Part shown: positions 30,001 to 43,941 of the stretch, piece after piece
Position numbering within the stretch: the stretch's first letter is position 1
Layout: the number at the start of each line of letters is the position of its first letter
Origin: Xylographa opegraphella
Taxonomy: Eukaryota
Direction: 5' to 3'
Length of the DNA stretch: 64,000 bases
Assembly (NCBI GenBank): GCA_022813865.1
Contig: JALDZX010000016.1
Location: 310,001-374,000 of the forward strand
Notes under the pieces: model-generated
What the model saw: only the letters and a program-made list of their open reading frames with translations
Database searches by the model: none
What the model was told of the DNA's origin: nothing
Translations under genes and position numbers: made by a program

Positions 30001-30550
30001 AACAGGCTTACGAATACCTCTTTTGATACCCTTGCCTCCACGACCTTGTCCCTTTGGACGGCCTCGGCGTCTCTGAATACCAGAATCAAAACCGAGAGCG
30101 CCGTGACCCCGGCCACGACCACGACCGCGGCCTCGGGCACGGCTTCCACGGCCACTTTTCTTAACCTTACTTTGACTTTCGGGATATGTAGCTGGAGCAG
30201 GAGCTTCAAAATCTGAATCCGCTTCCGAGATCAGTTCATCGTCATCACTCCTAATCTAGTGTCAGCTGAGAGCTTTCTATCAACAATATCATTATAATCT
30301 AAATATACTTATCGCTGTCGTCCTGGTACTGGAAATCTGGATCAATTACTCCACCATCAGGACCGAAAAATGATGTTCCGTTCTGGGAGTCCTCGTCCGG
30401 GGCAAATACATCTGGCGCAACCATATCAAGATCGTTCATATAGTCATCAACCTCTTCAAAAGCGGCGGTCACGGTTTTGACACCAGCCCATGCGAAACTC
30501 GGCGTATCACCAGGATCAGGATACTCATGGTCTTCATGATTGTCTCCCAT
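27097..30550 (-). CDS. TFC4: TFIIIC TPR subunit (Tfc4/tau131-like); 6 exons
   Basis: Acidic/RG-rich N-terminus, TPR arrays, LPLEIRTRLGLLRL, C-terminal ERQESEYNVGRAYHMLGLTHLAIPYYERCL...ARWLVI*. Five GT-AG introns join the ORF pieces in frame. Confidence 0.88.
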
Positions 30551-31722
30551 GGTTCCCAGATTGGCAATTCTACTGCAGTCGTCTGTAGCTAAGTTTGCTA
30601 GAGAAGTATTTTCACGAGGAAGCGAAGCTGAGTGAGAACTTGTATGTGAGCCGCTGCGGCCAGGTACCTCTATGCCACGAAAGTTTTAAACCCCATCATG
30701 GCGCTATTCAATTGTGAGTAATTCCACGTCATGAAGTTCTGCTCTTTCGCAAGAACCATGTATTATCCCAGACAAGAAGAATCCGTTTACTCTTCCATCA
30801 CATCGCATCCAAGAACATATATGTGGGAAAATCCTAGTCCTGCAAAGTACCTACGCTGCAGTGTTGAGTCACTTTTGAAACAAATTTCGCACTGATGCTA
30901 TGCTCTTGCTTCAGTCAGATCGTTTCTCAATGCTATTTACGCTACCTGCGCGCTCTCGATCGATTGTAGCAAGTCTGACATTTGTGATGTTAATATCATA
31001 ACCCGCGAGATTCGTTACCTTCATCTTTCTCTAGCGGTTTCAATAGCGTCCACGCTATTGCCGGATCCGGAGCCAGATTTAAAAATGGCTGAAAGGACAG
31101 GCAAGCCTGCCTTATGGCTTAGCGCGAGGTTCGAACGATCCTCAAAATGTGTCTTCACTTCTTTGAATGTCACGATCCTCTCCCTCTTCGCAGCTCTATT
31201 TCTCTCCCTCCCGCGCTCTCCTTTTGTCCTTGTAATTCTGTTTCTGTTATTCCTCTGGGCATAGCTGGAACTCCGAGTTCGATCCAATACGGCAGCCACC
31301 CCGTCTGTTAAATCCTGAAAGTGCTGTGCGTAGTGTGAACGTATTACACAACGGGACCGCTCACGCTATCGACCACATTCATAGTCGACTATTCTCTTTG
31401 GGGTCGCCACTGGTCTGGTTTCCACACAGGCAGCTCGGAATACCTATCTCGTCATTTCGGGTTCCTGGTCACCGTTATTCAGATACCTTTCTACAGCCCA
31501 ACGACTAATAACCTACCCTTTCAGCCCTGTCCACATATCTTAGTCTTTGAAACTCCTTTGAGGTCAGCAGGCACTGCAGGAGTCGTCGAGAAGCTCTATA
31601 GGTTGAATACGCTGCTTTTAAGAGAACAAAAGCAGTTTGACGACTTTGCGCACCCAAATCTCCTAGACATTTCGAAAACTGAATATCCCTCTTACAGCTT
31701 CTTCAAAACATATACCGCAAAC

Positions 31723-33693
31723 ATGTCGGCAAGCCATATCATTGGTAACCGGAACAGTACGCCTGAAGCTTCACATTCCAGCCTTCGCCCTCCTTCGTCA
31801 CGAAATGCCGGCAATGGCCATCATCTCCGTGCTTCTGCTGATATATCAGGGTTCCCGTTGTCTCCACTCGGCAATCGTAACATACGACCCTCTTCGGAAG
31901 TCTACTTTAGTCAGACACCGCAATCTCAAACCCAGAGCAATGTCGATGATGCCAGAGATAAAGCCGCACAGCAATGGATTGCTGATATCGATCAATATGA
32001 GAACACATTGGAGGAAATGGCTGCTGCTACTTTGGACCAAGATTTTAAGGACGAACTGAGTGCTATTGAACAGTGGTTTAAGGTCTTGAGTGAAGCGGAG
32101 AGGACTGCAGCCTTGTACGCTCTCCTCCAGCAGACTACGCAAGTCCAGATACGTTTCTTCATCCAAGTCTTGCAGGAGATGGCCAAAAATCATCCCATGT
32201 CTGGCGTACTTTCACCTGCGAACTTTGACGAGAAGGGTAAGTCACAATGTGACATGAACAACTCGATGAATCCCGCTTACATAACCTTAGATGCCATGTC
32301 CAGTCGTCTTAGCGATGCCATGAACAAGCTGAGCGTTGAGGGATCTCGGACTTCGTTTGGGCGCCCCCCTCCATCTCCCGGAAACAAGCGTAACTCAGGG
32401 CTTGATGTCAACACAATCAATGCCATGTTTCCCGACGCTGCAGCGGCCATAGCAAAAAAGAAGGCTGAATACACTCAACAAACTGGCAATGCACCAACTT
32501 CCAATCGCAATAGCGCTGTATATGTTGACCGCTCATCACTCGTAGCGCCCACTATCTCAGCTCTTGCTGAAGCAAAGGAGAATGCCGCGCAACCCTCGCC
32601 TGTACCTTGGGGCCAGCGTCCTGTGGAGCGTCCTAAATCGTCCTCTGGACCACAACCGATGGGGCAGTTTGCGCAACCACCACCTTCAGCGGGGCTCCGA
32701 TCTCCACGCCCGATGCAACTGTCTGGAAATTCGAACCTGCAAAGTACCAATATCAATGTGCCCGATCACCATGCTAGTGGCCATGAGTTGCCTATGCTAT
32801 CACCATACAACATGAATGCCAGCTGGGCTTCCATGACCAATACACCGATGGTACCTAATTTCAACACTCAACAGGCAACAACTCAAGCTGATATGGTTGC
32901 TAATGCCACGGCCATGAAACTGGCGGCACTATCAACTGTCAACAATCGAATTGCGCTTGATGACGTTCGCAAGTTTCGGCGGACCCGTTCGAACGACGGC
33001 CAAGGAAACGGAAACCAGATGCCTATGTCTCCCGGTTTGTCCCCTACCAACGTCCTTGTTGTGAATGAGAGCGGCCAGTTAGTTGGCAATGGGGCTTTAA
33101 ATAACCAACAGATGATGGCTCTGCAAATGCAGCACCAAGCTAGTCTTGGTGCTCAGCGATCGCGACCCAATTCTCCAGGGTTTTCCATGCAGACAGCGAA
33201 CCTCGGTGGCATGGGGTTTGCATCTCCGCAAAACAATGGCTACCTTGCAGCATATGATGGCTCATCTGGCTTGGTTGGTGGCATGGGCTCTCTAAACCTT
33301 GGCCAATTCGGTATGGCTCATGGCAGTGGTCATGAAGGATACATCTCGGATCACTCGGACATGACCCGAGGACGCTCTCCACGAGGAAGGCGTGGTACAT
33401 CAAAACCACCGGAGGATCCAACTGACCCCAGTCTTCTAGGCGACATTCCAAGCTGGCTTAGGAGCCTCAGGCTCCACAAGTACACGGACAATCTCAAAGA
33501 CATCAAGTGGGAGGACCTTATCGAGCTCGACGACAAAGGCCTGGAAGACCGCGGTGTCAATGCACTGGGTGCAAGAAGAAAGATGCTCAAGGTAATTGGC
33601 TCCCTTGTTGCTACGTTGCCAAACCTGTACTAATTCGTGACTTGACAGGTGTTTGAGCAAGTTCAAGAGGCCAAAGCGGCGGGAAAGCTCTGA
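31723..33693 (+). CDS. VTS1: Vts1/Smaug-family SAM-domain RNA-binding protein; 3 exons
   Basis: [40 protein letters not shown] and [21 protein letters not shown]...[17 protein letters not shown]; introns at about 32237-32290 and 33592-33648. Confidence 0.93.
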
Positions 33694-34628
33694 TTCGCCA
33701 TACGAAATCGAGCTGTTATCCTTCCGATACCTTGCACGACCTATCGATTTCCGATTGCTGTAAGATGCCTTGAGAACAAAAAGTGGGATGGCGACCGATA
33801 GCAAAAAAAAGCGGACGTGGAGGATGTGCTAACACACTGGGCTGAGCTTGCGGTTTCCTTTCGATCGTGGCACACATAGCGTCTTCGTTGGTGGAATAAC
33901 CCATATGACGATTTGCGGTTGGGCTTCAGGAGCCGGGTTTGATTGTACGTACGACACCAGACAGGGGGTCCAGCGGCATGCATGACATTGCACAGGAGCT
34001 TGCATTATGATTGCATTTTGCTACGTTGCTGTCTACGATACCTACCAAATTTGATACATGCGTGCACTTGAATTTTCCTCATAGAAGATCGGTTTCCACA
34101 GTAGCGAGTGACGTTGAAATCCTTCGGGCTGGAGAATTAAGCAATTCCGGGTCAGAGCCAGCTCCGTTGCCATGTGTGCGTGCACGCGTTGATACAAGGT
34201 AAGGTAGTCGTAGTTCCGTGGATATCTCTACGGTACCCAGACATGTCTTCCGCCACCCCCCCACCACGGCCCGCTGTGCGCAGATGGGGTAGCTTGCGTT
34301 CGCATTCAACGTGTTCATGACAATAATAATTTCAAATGGCAACATTCAGAAACAGATTTCCCCAATCCCGAATCCCCATGCCCGTTCCATCGAACGCCTC
34401 CGCATCATCCCGTTTCTCCGCTCCCGCAAGCAAATCTCCCCAAACCAACCCCTTTCCCATCCACAAAACGCACAAAGCGCACAAAACACACGCCTCCCAA
34501 CCAACCAACCATTATCAACTCTTACATCAAACCCCCAATACCATCCCTGCCAAATCCATCCAACAAATCCCTACTCTTACAAAACCCATCCTCCCTCTCC
34601 TCCGTCCCCCACCCCAGCACCATCCCCA

Positions 34629-37135
34629 CTACGTAGGCGTCGGCTGCGGCGGCGGCGTCGCCACCAGCTGCGTATTGTAGTAAATATCCACGGCATCGCT
34701 CCCGCCACAGATCTCGGCGCCGTCGCCGCTGCAGGGAAAGGAGCAGCCGGTGGACACGGGCGCGGACGCGTTGTACGCGTTGCCGCAGAAGCCTAGCCGG
34801 TGCGGGGAGTCAGCCAGCTTGCGGTCTCTAGGGGTGATAGATAACTGCGCGGGTTGGGGAAGGGAGAGAGGAAGGGAAACGTACACTGGGAGTAGTACTC
34901 CATGCCGAAATAAGCATAAGGCCCGCCCGCGGCGCCGAGGCAGTAGCTGGCGCACAGCTCGATGGAGCCGGTACTATCGTCCTCCGCGGCGGAGAGCAAG
35001 CGGCCGTAGAGGTTGTCGACGTAGCACGCGAGGTGGACGTAGGGCGGAGCGGTAGGGACGGTGGTGAGACCGCGGGTGGGGTGCTGGTAGTGGAGGCGGT
35101 GGCGGGCAGGAGGTCGGTGGCGGAGTAGACGCCCATGGCGTTGTCGCCGCCACAGACCTCCGTGGCGGCGCCGCTGCAGGGGAGCGTGCAGTGCGGGGAC
35201 AGGCGCTGGCGCACGTCGAGGGCGTTGCGGCAGAAGCACTGGTAGCTGTATTCGATGCCGAAGTAGGTGTACGGGCCTGTGGTGCTGCTGTTGTAGCAGA
35301 ATGTGGCGCAGTCTTCGATGCTCGTGGTGCTGAAGTCGTTGGGGCCGTCGATGGGGCGCGTGCCGGAGAGGTCGGCGTAGCAGTTCTGGTATACGTATGT
35401 ACCGGCTCGTTGGACGATGGTGGGGCTGGTGGTGGTGGAGGAGGTGTGGCTGGGGGAATTGGTTGGAGGGGAAGCCGTTGCGCTTGCGGAGACTGCAGCG
35501 GGAGCATTGCTGCCTGCGGGGGAACTGTCGGGTGTGGGACTCATGGCTGCGTTGATGGTGGTGGTGACGGTCTCTGTTACGGTTGCGGTGGGTGCGGAAC
35601 AGCTTGCGGTTGCGGTAGGTGATGATGAATTGGACGAGGCGAATGATGGGATACTTGGACTTGAGAGTGATGCCGTTGTAGACCTGGAGCTCGAACTGAA
35701 AGATGAGGTACTTGAGCTTGAGAACGGAGTTGATAGAGTTGACGGAGTTGAAGAACTGGAACTCGTGTTGGAAGACGGAGAACTGGAGCTTGAGAACGAT
35801 GAAGTTGACAAAGTTGACAAACTGGAACTCAGACTGGAAGAAGACGTACTTGAGTTTGAAAGCGATGGAACTGACGAAGTTGATGAACCAAGGCTCGAAC
35901 TGGAAGAAGTAGACAAGGAGGAAGTGAGAGGGACCGAAGAACCAATAGCAACCGAGTTTGAAAAACCTGACGACGAAGACGGTGTGACGGGGATCGACGA
36001 GGTGGAAGCTGATGAGGAAATACTACTCATGCTCGAAGTAGTCGTCGCCAGAGTACTCGAACTGACGACGATAGAGTAAACAACGGCAATAGCATATCCG
36101 CCTATGCTATTATATCCACCGCACACTTCCGATGGATTGCCTGGGCATGCAACCGTAGGACCACCGGATGCAGTCGCACCGCTGTCGAGCGCAGAGCCAC
36201 ACAAACATTGGTTACCAGCCTGATAGGACATGTAAACGTACTGAGCACTATTCGCGAAATTATCGTAGCCTGCAGCACAGTCTACAGCGCAAGCTTCGAT
36301 ACTTCCAGGATTTCCCTGACTGAGGGCGTTGTCGAGGATGACGCCACCAGGATTCTGGTAGGTGCCAATATAGGTATATGGTGTTGCTGCCTGTTGTACA
36401 ATCGTTGGTGGTGCGCTGGGGCTGATGAGGATTCGGAAGTAGACAACGACATGGAGCTGGTGGTACTCGAGGTAGTCGAGCTTGAACTACTTGGCAATGA
36501 CAAGGACGAAGTCGAGCTGGAAGATGGCGAATTTGAAGCGCTGGTTGAGATAGCTGACGACGACGAACTAGGCGATGATGGTAAAACGGAAGTGGTTGTA
36601 GGCACTGCTGTGGACACAATCTGTGCTAGTCAGTGTCGCCTGCTTAGGACTTGAAATCTTCTATCCATAGCTTCGAATCTCAAATTGGGAATGATAGATG
36701 ACGAGCATAACTTACAGTGGTGGTAGAGGTTTCATCGTCAACAGAAGTTGTCGTAGCTGTCACCGTCGTGGTCCCTGTAGCTACGTTAACCGTCCGAGTG
36801 GTCGTAGTCACCACCGTTACCGTGCTATCAGCTGAAACCGTGTATGTTATCGTTTCGGCAGAAGCGGATGTAAATGTGTATGTAAAGGTTTGATCGGGCT
36901 CGGCGTCACGAGGCGCAATATAGCCTGTCCCATCCTGGACACTGTGTGAGATAGGAGGACACTCCTCTCTATTCCCTGACATAGAGCCATCATCGCAGGC
37001 ATTTCGTGACACCCTCACAATCCGTCGTGTCGAGACTAGGGTCACAAGATGCATCGCTCGTAGGAGTACGCCGCCCCAATACATAATGTCGCACGCCACG
37101 GCCAGAAGAAGACAGATAGATGTAAATGAAGGCAG
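34629..37135 (-). CDS. Ser/Thr-rich, probably secreted protein with three WSC domains; frameshifted in this assembly, start unresolved
   Basis: Three WSC-type modules (SIEACAVDC..QCLCG..CPGNPSEVCGG; NCYAD..SIEDCATFC..QCFC..CSGAATEVCGG; ACYVD..SIELCASYC..QCFCG..CSGDGAEICGG) separated by S/T tracts. Introns 36715-36621 and 34884-34793; frame changes at G4 runs 36418-36421 and 35078-35081. Confidence 0.8.
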
Positions 37136-38676
37136 TCAAATACTCAGACTCAATCAATGCACAGTAGTGACCGTGCACCTGTAGGAGCAACAGCAACGCC
37201 CTTCGAGAGGAGTAGGCTCTGTCTTTGGAAAGGGATGACTGAGCCATGGCGGTCATATCGCACGGAGAGTTATGCATGATTTCCATCGGCGGAAGGCCAC
37301 ATTGTAGACTGGCCGGAGCCCGACGTTTTCAGCTTGAGAAGAGGTCTTGGGAGTTTGGTTATAAGACAGTCGATGTCCAACGCCGAAAGCGGTAATAAAA
37401 TACGCCAATGCTAAAACAGAAGATCAAAGTCACCCACCTCGCCGTAGCACTAGTCAAGGGCTCGGTGGACGATATGGACGCATATATACTTCCGATCGAG
37501 CCAGTGGACGTTCTCGGCAGAGCTGAGACATTCCAGGCTCGAGCGGAGGAAGGGAATGGATTCCACCTCCAACCGCACCCCTCTTGGGACATCAGACGAT
37601 TGAAGCGGCGCAGGGAAGGTAAATACAAAGGTTCAAACACATTCACGGTGAAAAGAGCTGTTGACAAGGGTTCGCGGCTAATAGAGCCAGTTCTCGCTCT
37701 TTACCAGAATCTATCATTTGCCCAAAGTCGGCAGATGTGAATGCTGTCACGAGGCTCCTGCTTTGAATTATTTTGACCATCGAGGCCATTATAGGATACC
37801 CGATTTGGCAATCACACGAATCAAACCCCGACATATTACAACGTACCTTAGTATCTGAAGCCTTCAGTCAGGTACCTACATTGGGAGGCAATTGACCAGC
37901 AGCACGGACCACATGCGTAAGGTAGAATACCATACCTAGACTAGCATCGCCCTGTCCGCCCGTGATTCGTGGTGGCGTCAAGGCGTTGAGGCGCCCGATT
38001 GGCGTGGACAGTGCAAACGCTATCTGGAGATGCGAGTATCGTGAGCTTGTGGGACGTTCAATAGTACATCGTCGTAGTAGTCTAGTCTTGCTGATACCCG
38101 GATCTCTCGTGCGGATGTCAATCTATCTGCCCTTCTCTCCCTCCCGCCGTGATCATCTAAATGATAACCCATCTACTACCTTTGCATCTCCGTAGACTAC
38201 CTTACGATGATTATCATCCAACGATACCTAGAGTGCAAGAGCTTGACGATCGTCGCTGTCAAGCCGAATTAGGCCGACTCGACCCTCCCCTCATTTGCCG
38301 ATCAGAGCGACATGGGCCCTGAAAGTCTATCCTCAGCCCAGCCTAGACTCCGCCGGAAGTGCAGATCGAAGTACGGCGTGCGTGCAAACGGTCTCCTCAA
38401 TTCCCACGCTGCAGCCGAAACTCACATCCTTCCCCCTCTGCCCCGTCCCCAGTTCGAGCTGAGTTGATGAGTCGAATACCTGGGTGTGAAGGTCGAGTAC
38501 ATGAGTAGATGCGTTTTCTCTGCCATGCTGTCTCACTGAGCTCTCCGTTAAACCAGCAAGCACCCTCGGTCCGCTTGCTGCGCCCACGACAAAACGTGGG
38601 GCTCTCACTTTTCTGCCGCGGCCTACAACCACACTCGTGGAGCAGAAAAGGCACGCCTGAACCTCCAGCATAGATT

Positions 38677-41600
38677 ATGCCCAACCCGCCTGCACAGCTA
38701 CTCAACGGCTATGGACCCGAACCCTCGACTTCCCCAGAACTGGAACAATTCTCAAGCTTGAAGCAATCGCTGTCGGCTTCTTTGACAAATGGCTTCCGAC
38801 ACCCCAAGCCACCGAATGGAGAGTACTTTGGTGCACAAAAGGCGGAAGAGCATTCCTCAATGCCCGTGAAGAATAGCCCGCCTCTATTCGTCAACATCCC
38901 GCAAGCGCGGAATGCGGCAGATATCGCACTCGCAGCTCTACAGCATCTTCCCACGCCAATCTTAGTGCTCTCGAGCCTAAAGACGGTGGTTCTGGCCAAT
39001 GAAGCTATCGGAAGATTGCTTGGTCTGACCGGAAATGATGCTGAGCCTATGTCCGGTGGAAGTGCGGCGGGGAATGATGTGGGATCGTTACGTGGACAAA
39101 CCTTGAGTCAGCTCGGCATTGACATAATACAAGACGGGCAAGCGATCTGGGTGAGCTGGGAGAGGTATCTCGATGATATAGCGGACGAGCTCGAAAACGG
39201 TGGCCAAGATATCGGTTACTCCGAACGGAACGATATAGCGAGACCTGATCACAAGGAAAATACCATCCAAAGCGCATCTACTACCCAACCCGGAAGGCCT
39301 ACCACTTTCCAGCGCCAGCCGCCCTTGACGAGGCGGAAGAGCCAGCAATCAGTATATGACACCGTGGTGGATGTTGTACTTACCTCGCAGTACATCACTG
39401 CGTCGACTACCCCGTCCTTCCGAAGCTCCAAGTCTTCAAACCATGACGGCCAAGTCAGTGCTAGGATGACAATCTCGATCTGGCAGCTAGAGGACCAGCG
39501 CTATTTCACTTTATCTTTCGCTAGCATTCCTAACAACACCTCTTCACCAGTGATACCTCGTGCCTATGCCGGTTCGCATACCCCAACATCAGCTCCCATG
39601 TCGCCGACTTCGCGGATCAGTCCTGCTGCCTTGGAAGAGTCAGTATCCTGCCCCAATTGTGGTGCTTGTGCCATATCTCTTCATCGAGAAGGGACCGGAA
39701 CGTCTCACACAATTTTCCCCTTCCCTTCACACGAAGTCTCTGACACTAGCAAGGGGACTTCCGGCCCTTTCCTTGCGACGTCTGGGATATCAAGCGGTGG
39801 GATTACACCTTCGATATTACAGAAGACGTGGAGGATGAAGGATGCGATACTGGATGCTATGGAAATTCCCGTTTTCGCCATGTGGAAGGACCAGAGTCTG
39901 ACCTTTCCAAATAAAGCCGCAATCCGCTTGTTACAAAGGCATATTGACCCCACAAATCAAGAATCGTACGACCTTCTATCCCGGACGAAAGCGTGGACCG
40001 AAGATTTTTCACGTGAGCTGAGTGAGGACGAGCATCCACTGGTTCATCTTTGTAAGACTCAGAAGCCAATCAATGGATGGAGAATCGGCATTAAAGATCC
40101 TCAGAAAGGTCGTATGGTATACGACTGCAGCGGTGAATGCTACTTTGATGAGAAAACGGGTGAATTCCTGGCGGGCATAGTTGCCCTCAAGGACGTCACT
40201 GAGTATACATCGGCTCTGAAAACGCAATCTGAGGAGAGCGAGCAGCAATTCGAGTTGATTTGTCATACAATGCCTAATATGGTAAGCAGAACTTTAATTG
40301 ACAGCCTTTTGCGCATTGGAAACGGAACTGATCATGTCGGTGTCTGGCTCTAGCTCTGGACTACAACCCCAGCAGGCATGCACGGTAGGTTTTCATTCAA
40401 TCCTGATCGGCTTCTTCAATGCTAAAACATTGTGCAGATTGGTTCTCGCGTCGATGGTATGACTACACGGGTCTCACTCCCAGAGAGTCTCTTGGCATGG
40501 GATGGCAAAGTCCATTCCATCCGGATGACATGGAAGAAACAAACCGGCGATGGCAACACTCACTGGCCACAGGGGACGAATACACCACTGAGTATCGGTG
40601 CAGAAGATACGATGGGCAGTGGAGATGGATGCTCGGGCGAGCACTTCCTCAACGAGATCCCAAAACAGGTAAAATTGTCAAATGGATGGGTTCCCTGAGC
40701 GAGTAAGCCATCAGCCCTCTAGTGTCTCTTATAGGAGTCTCATATCTGTCATAGTATCCACGAGTCGGTTGAGGCAAGACAGGCGGCGAAGCGTACGCGC
40801 GAGCAACTGCTAAATGTAATCAAGCATGCCCAAGTCACTGTCTGGGCTATCGATAGACTCCGGCAATTGACCTTTTTGGAAGGAAATCTCATGTGGGATC
40901 CGGACGAGAAGTATCTCAATGAAGATGTCCTTGGGAAGAACATTTACGAAGTGTTCGGCCAGCACCAAGGAATTGTTGACTTGCCTCATTACAGAGCGCC
41001 GATTGAGGACATTTTGAATGGGAAAGCCACGGAGCAGATCGCCGAACATCATATAGACGGTAATGGGCGCTGGCTTCGTACCAGATTTGTCCCAATATTG
41101 GGTAAGAAATGTGGCGGAGGGGCGGTAGACGAGACTTTCGTCGATGGGGTGGTAGGCGTGTCAATGGATGTTAGTGAAATAAAAGAACGTGAAGCGGAAC
41201 TTCAATCGCAAGAGAAGGAAAACAGCAGGCTTTTGTCGGCCGAGATAGCCGCAAAGGAGGCGAGCCGGCTCAAGAGTCAATTCCTTGCCAACATGAGTCA
41301 TGAAATCCGAACACCAATAGCTGGAATCATAGGTAGCTCACCATGTTATTTGGGAAGTCCCAAGCTGATATCGTGATCCAGGTATGGCAGAACTTCTCGT
41401 GGACACGACTTTGGACTCGGAACAGCGTGAGTTTGGGGAAAATATACAAAGGTCTGCGAACGGCCTCTTAACTGTGATTAACGATATTCTGGATCTTTCG
41501 AAGGTGGAATCAGGGCGATTGGACATTGAAGAGGTCCAGTTTAGCCTTTCGGTTGTTGTCCGAGATGTCTGCAAGATGATGTCGTTCGCTGCCGAGCGCA

Positions 41601-43294
41601 AAAATCTCACTTTCAACTCGGATATTCAGATCGGTGTACAAGACGACATCATAGTTCTCGGTGATCCCGGGAGGTGTCGCCAGATTCTGACTAATCTGTT
41701 AACGAATTCCATCAAATTCACTTCTCAGGGATCGGTCCAATTATCAGTTGCAACGAAAACAGAAACCTCCGAGACGGTTGAGATCCTGTTTTCTATAGAA
41801 GACACGGGGATTGGGATTGAAGAAGAGGTGCGAAAGAGGCTATTCAAGCCCTTCAGCCAAGCAGACTCAAGTACAGCCAGGAGGTTTGGTGGAACTGGTC
41901 TGGGGTTGACAATATGTAAGAATCTGGTAGATCTGATGCATGGTCAGATCACTCTTGACTCTGTGCTCGGGACGGGTACCAAGGCAACATTCTCCATTCC
42001 TTTCAACAAACCACAGTTCCAGGGGAACTCGTCTGCTTTGGTCGATCTTGCATCCATTCCTGATCGATTACGATCCGAAAATTCCGTGTCTGGGTGCGGC
42101 TCCGATCATGGTCGTGGGGTGTCTACGCCACCGCAATCTCCACTTGAGGCATTTAGCGTTACCAAACCGGAGTCTCAAGGAACCTCTTTCGACTCGAAGC
42201 CCTCCAGACCACAATTAGCAGTCCTTCCTCATGATCATAGTTTGGGCCTCCCGGAATCGGAACGAAAAATGATCCATGTGCTTGTCGTCGAAGACAATGC
42301 CATAAACCAGCAAATTGCACAAAAGACAATCAAGAAATTAGGATTTTCAGTCAGTGCTGTCTGGAACGGAAAAGAGGCACTGGAATACTTGTTGCAACCA
42401 GCATCGAAAGACCACCCGAAGCCCGATATTATCCTTATGGATGTGCAGATGCCTATCCTAGATGGCTATCGCGCCACTCACCTGATCCGGCATCACAGTC
42501 CCTACTCATCACTTCCGGGAATGCGTGCCGTACCCATAGTCGCGATGACCGCGTCAGCCATACAAGGTGACAGGGAGAAGTGCGAGCGCGCAGGAATGGA
42601 CGACTACCTCGCCAAGCCCGTCAAAGGTAAGATCCTCGAGAACATGCTTGTCAAATGGGCGTTACGCAGCAGACGCCACGGACAGCACAACACCAGCTAC
42701 CACTCCACTCATACCGGGCATGAATCTTATTGCGACCATCCCGCGTCCGTCACCTCCTCCAGCAATACTGTGAAAGCAGTCCAATCCTCGGACCGCATAG
42801 CAGACCGAAGCGACAGTCAAGATCTGATCGACACTGCCCGCCTGCCCGGAACCGAATCCGAAGCCGACCGCGGCCTCCAGCGCGCCGAAGCCGAGGACAA
42901 GGCCACCTCGCTCCGCAACGACAAGCTCCTGAACACCGCGAACGAGGAGTACATGCTCAAGTTCCACACCATCGTCCCCTCGCCTGAAGAAGCTCCCGCT
43001 CCCACTGCCGCATTGACGGAGGAGAACATGGGCAAGCTGGGCCGGGACCTGAAGCCGGCAAACCTCCTCGGCCGACTCCCCTCGGCTGTACCCGTCACCG
43101 ACCTGCACTCGTCCTCCAGCATGGCGGCCGAGGGCGGCACCACCAGCCCAACGAGCACGCCGGGCAGTCCGAAGGCCACGCTTCCGGCGAAGGGGAAGAA
43201 CGCGCGCAGGGCCCAGCTGGCGCGGAACGAGAGTGAACTGAGCCAGCGCACCGTCACGCCCGAGAGCTCGATGGAGAAGGAGGGGGGCGAGTGA
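38677..43294 (+). CDS. Hybrid sensor histidine kinase, PAS/PAC-HisKA-HATPase-receiver (group V-like by architecture)
   Basis: PAS/PAC (WQSPFHPDD..EYRCRRYDGQWRWMLGRA), H-box FLANMSHEIRTP, N-box QILTNLLTNSIKFT, DTGIGI, GGTGLGL, receiver ILMDVQMPILDG. Introns 40282-40353, 40385-40437, 40703-40754, 41333-41381. Confidence 0.93.
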
Positions 43295-43941
43295 GGCGCA
43301 TGGGGAGTGGGTTGGTGCATGGATAGATAGTCTCGGGCTTTTCAAGTGTTTCATCGAAAATTCAAGGTGTCTGGTGTGATTTTTCCTGTGCGTTTGCATG
43401 GCCTGGTCTGGGAGCATTAGCATTGGCGTCTGGGAGTGGCTGGCTGCGTACATATCTACTCCGTCGGCGGGTTTCCGCTCCATCAGTAAGTAAGCGGGGC
43501 ATCGTGGCATGGCATGGCATGGCGGGGACGGCAGGGCAGGGGGTGGGGTGGAGTGGGAATATTGCATCTTGGGCCTATCCTCCATCATAGCTACGAAGTG
43601 CATCACCACCAGCGAATGAGCGCGGGTCATAGAGCAGATAAGTGTGTAGGTGCGGCGAAGGGATGAGAAGTAGCTGAAGGGGGTGGGTTGGTTGGTATGG
43701 ATAGATATACGCTACGATCAGACTGCATTCATCTAATCCGATCTGGTACAGGCTAATGCGTTCGGCACCGCTGTATCTACCTCACTGTACGAACCTATAA
43801 AAAAAGTCGCACGCGCTATATACCTACACCGGTTTTTTTAATGATCCCCTACAAGCTTCCAGCCTCGGTACTTATTCAACACGCCTACCCCATACACCCG
43901 GTCCCCACGTTCCCTGCCCCGCCCTGCCCAGTCTGTCTTCA

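Noticed and set aside
31558..31722. Non-AUG in-frame extension of VTS1
   Set aside because: 55 stop-free codons can arise by chance; family-like sequence begins at ATG 31723.
37408..37740. 110-aa plus-strand ORF
   Set aside because: No recognisable motif; lies in the divergent promoter region.
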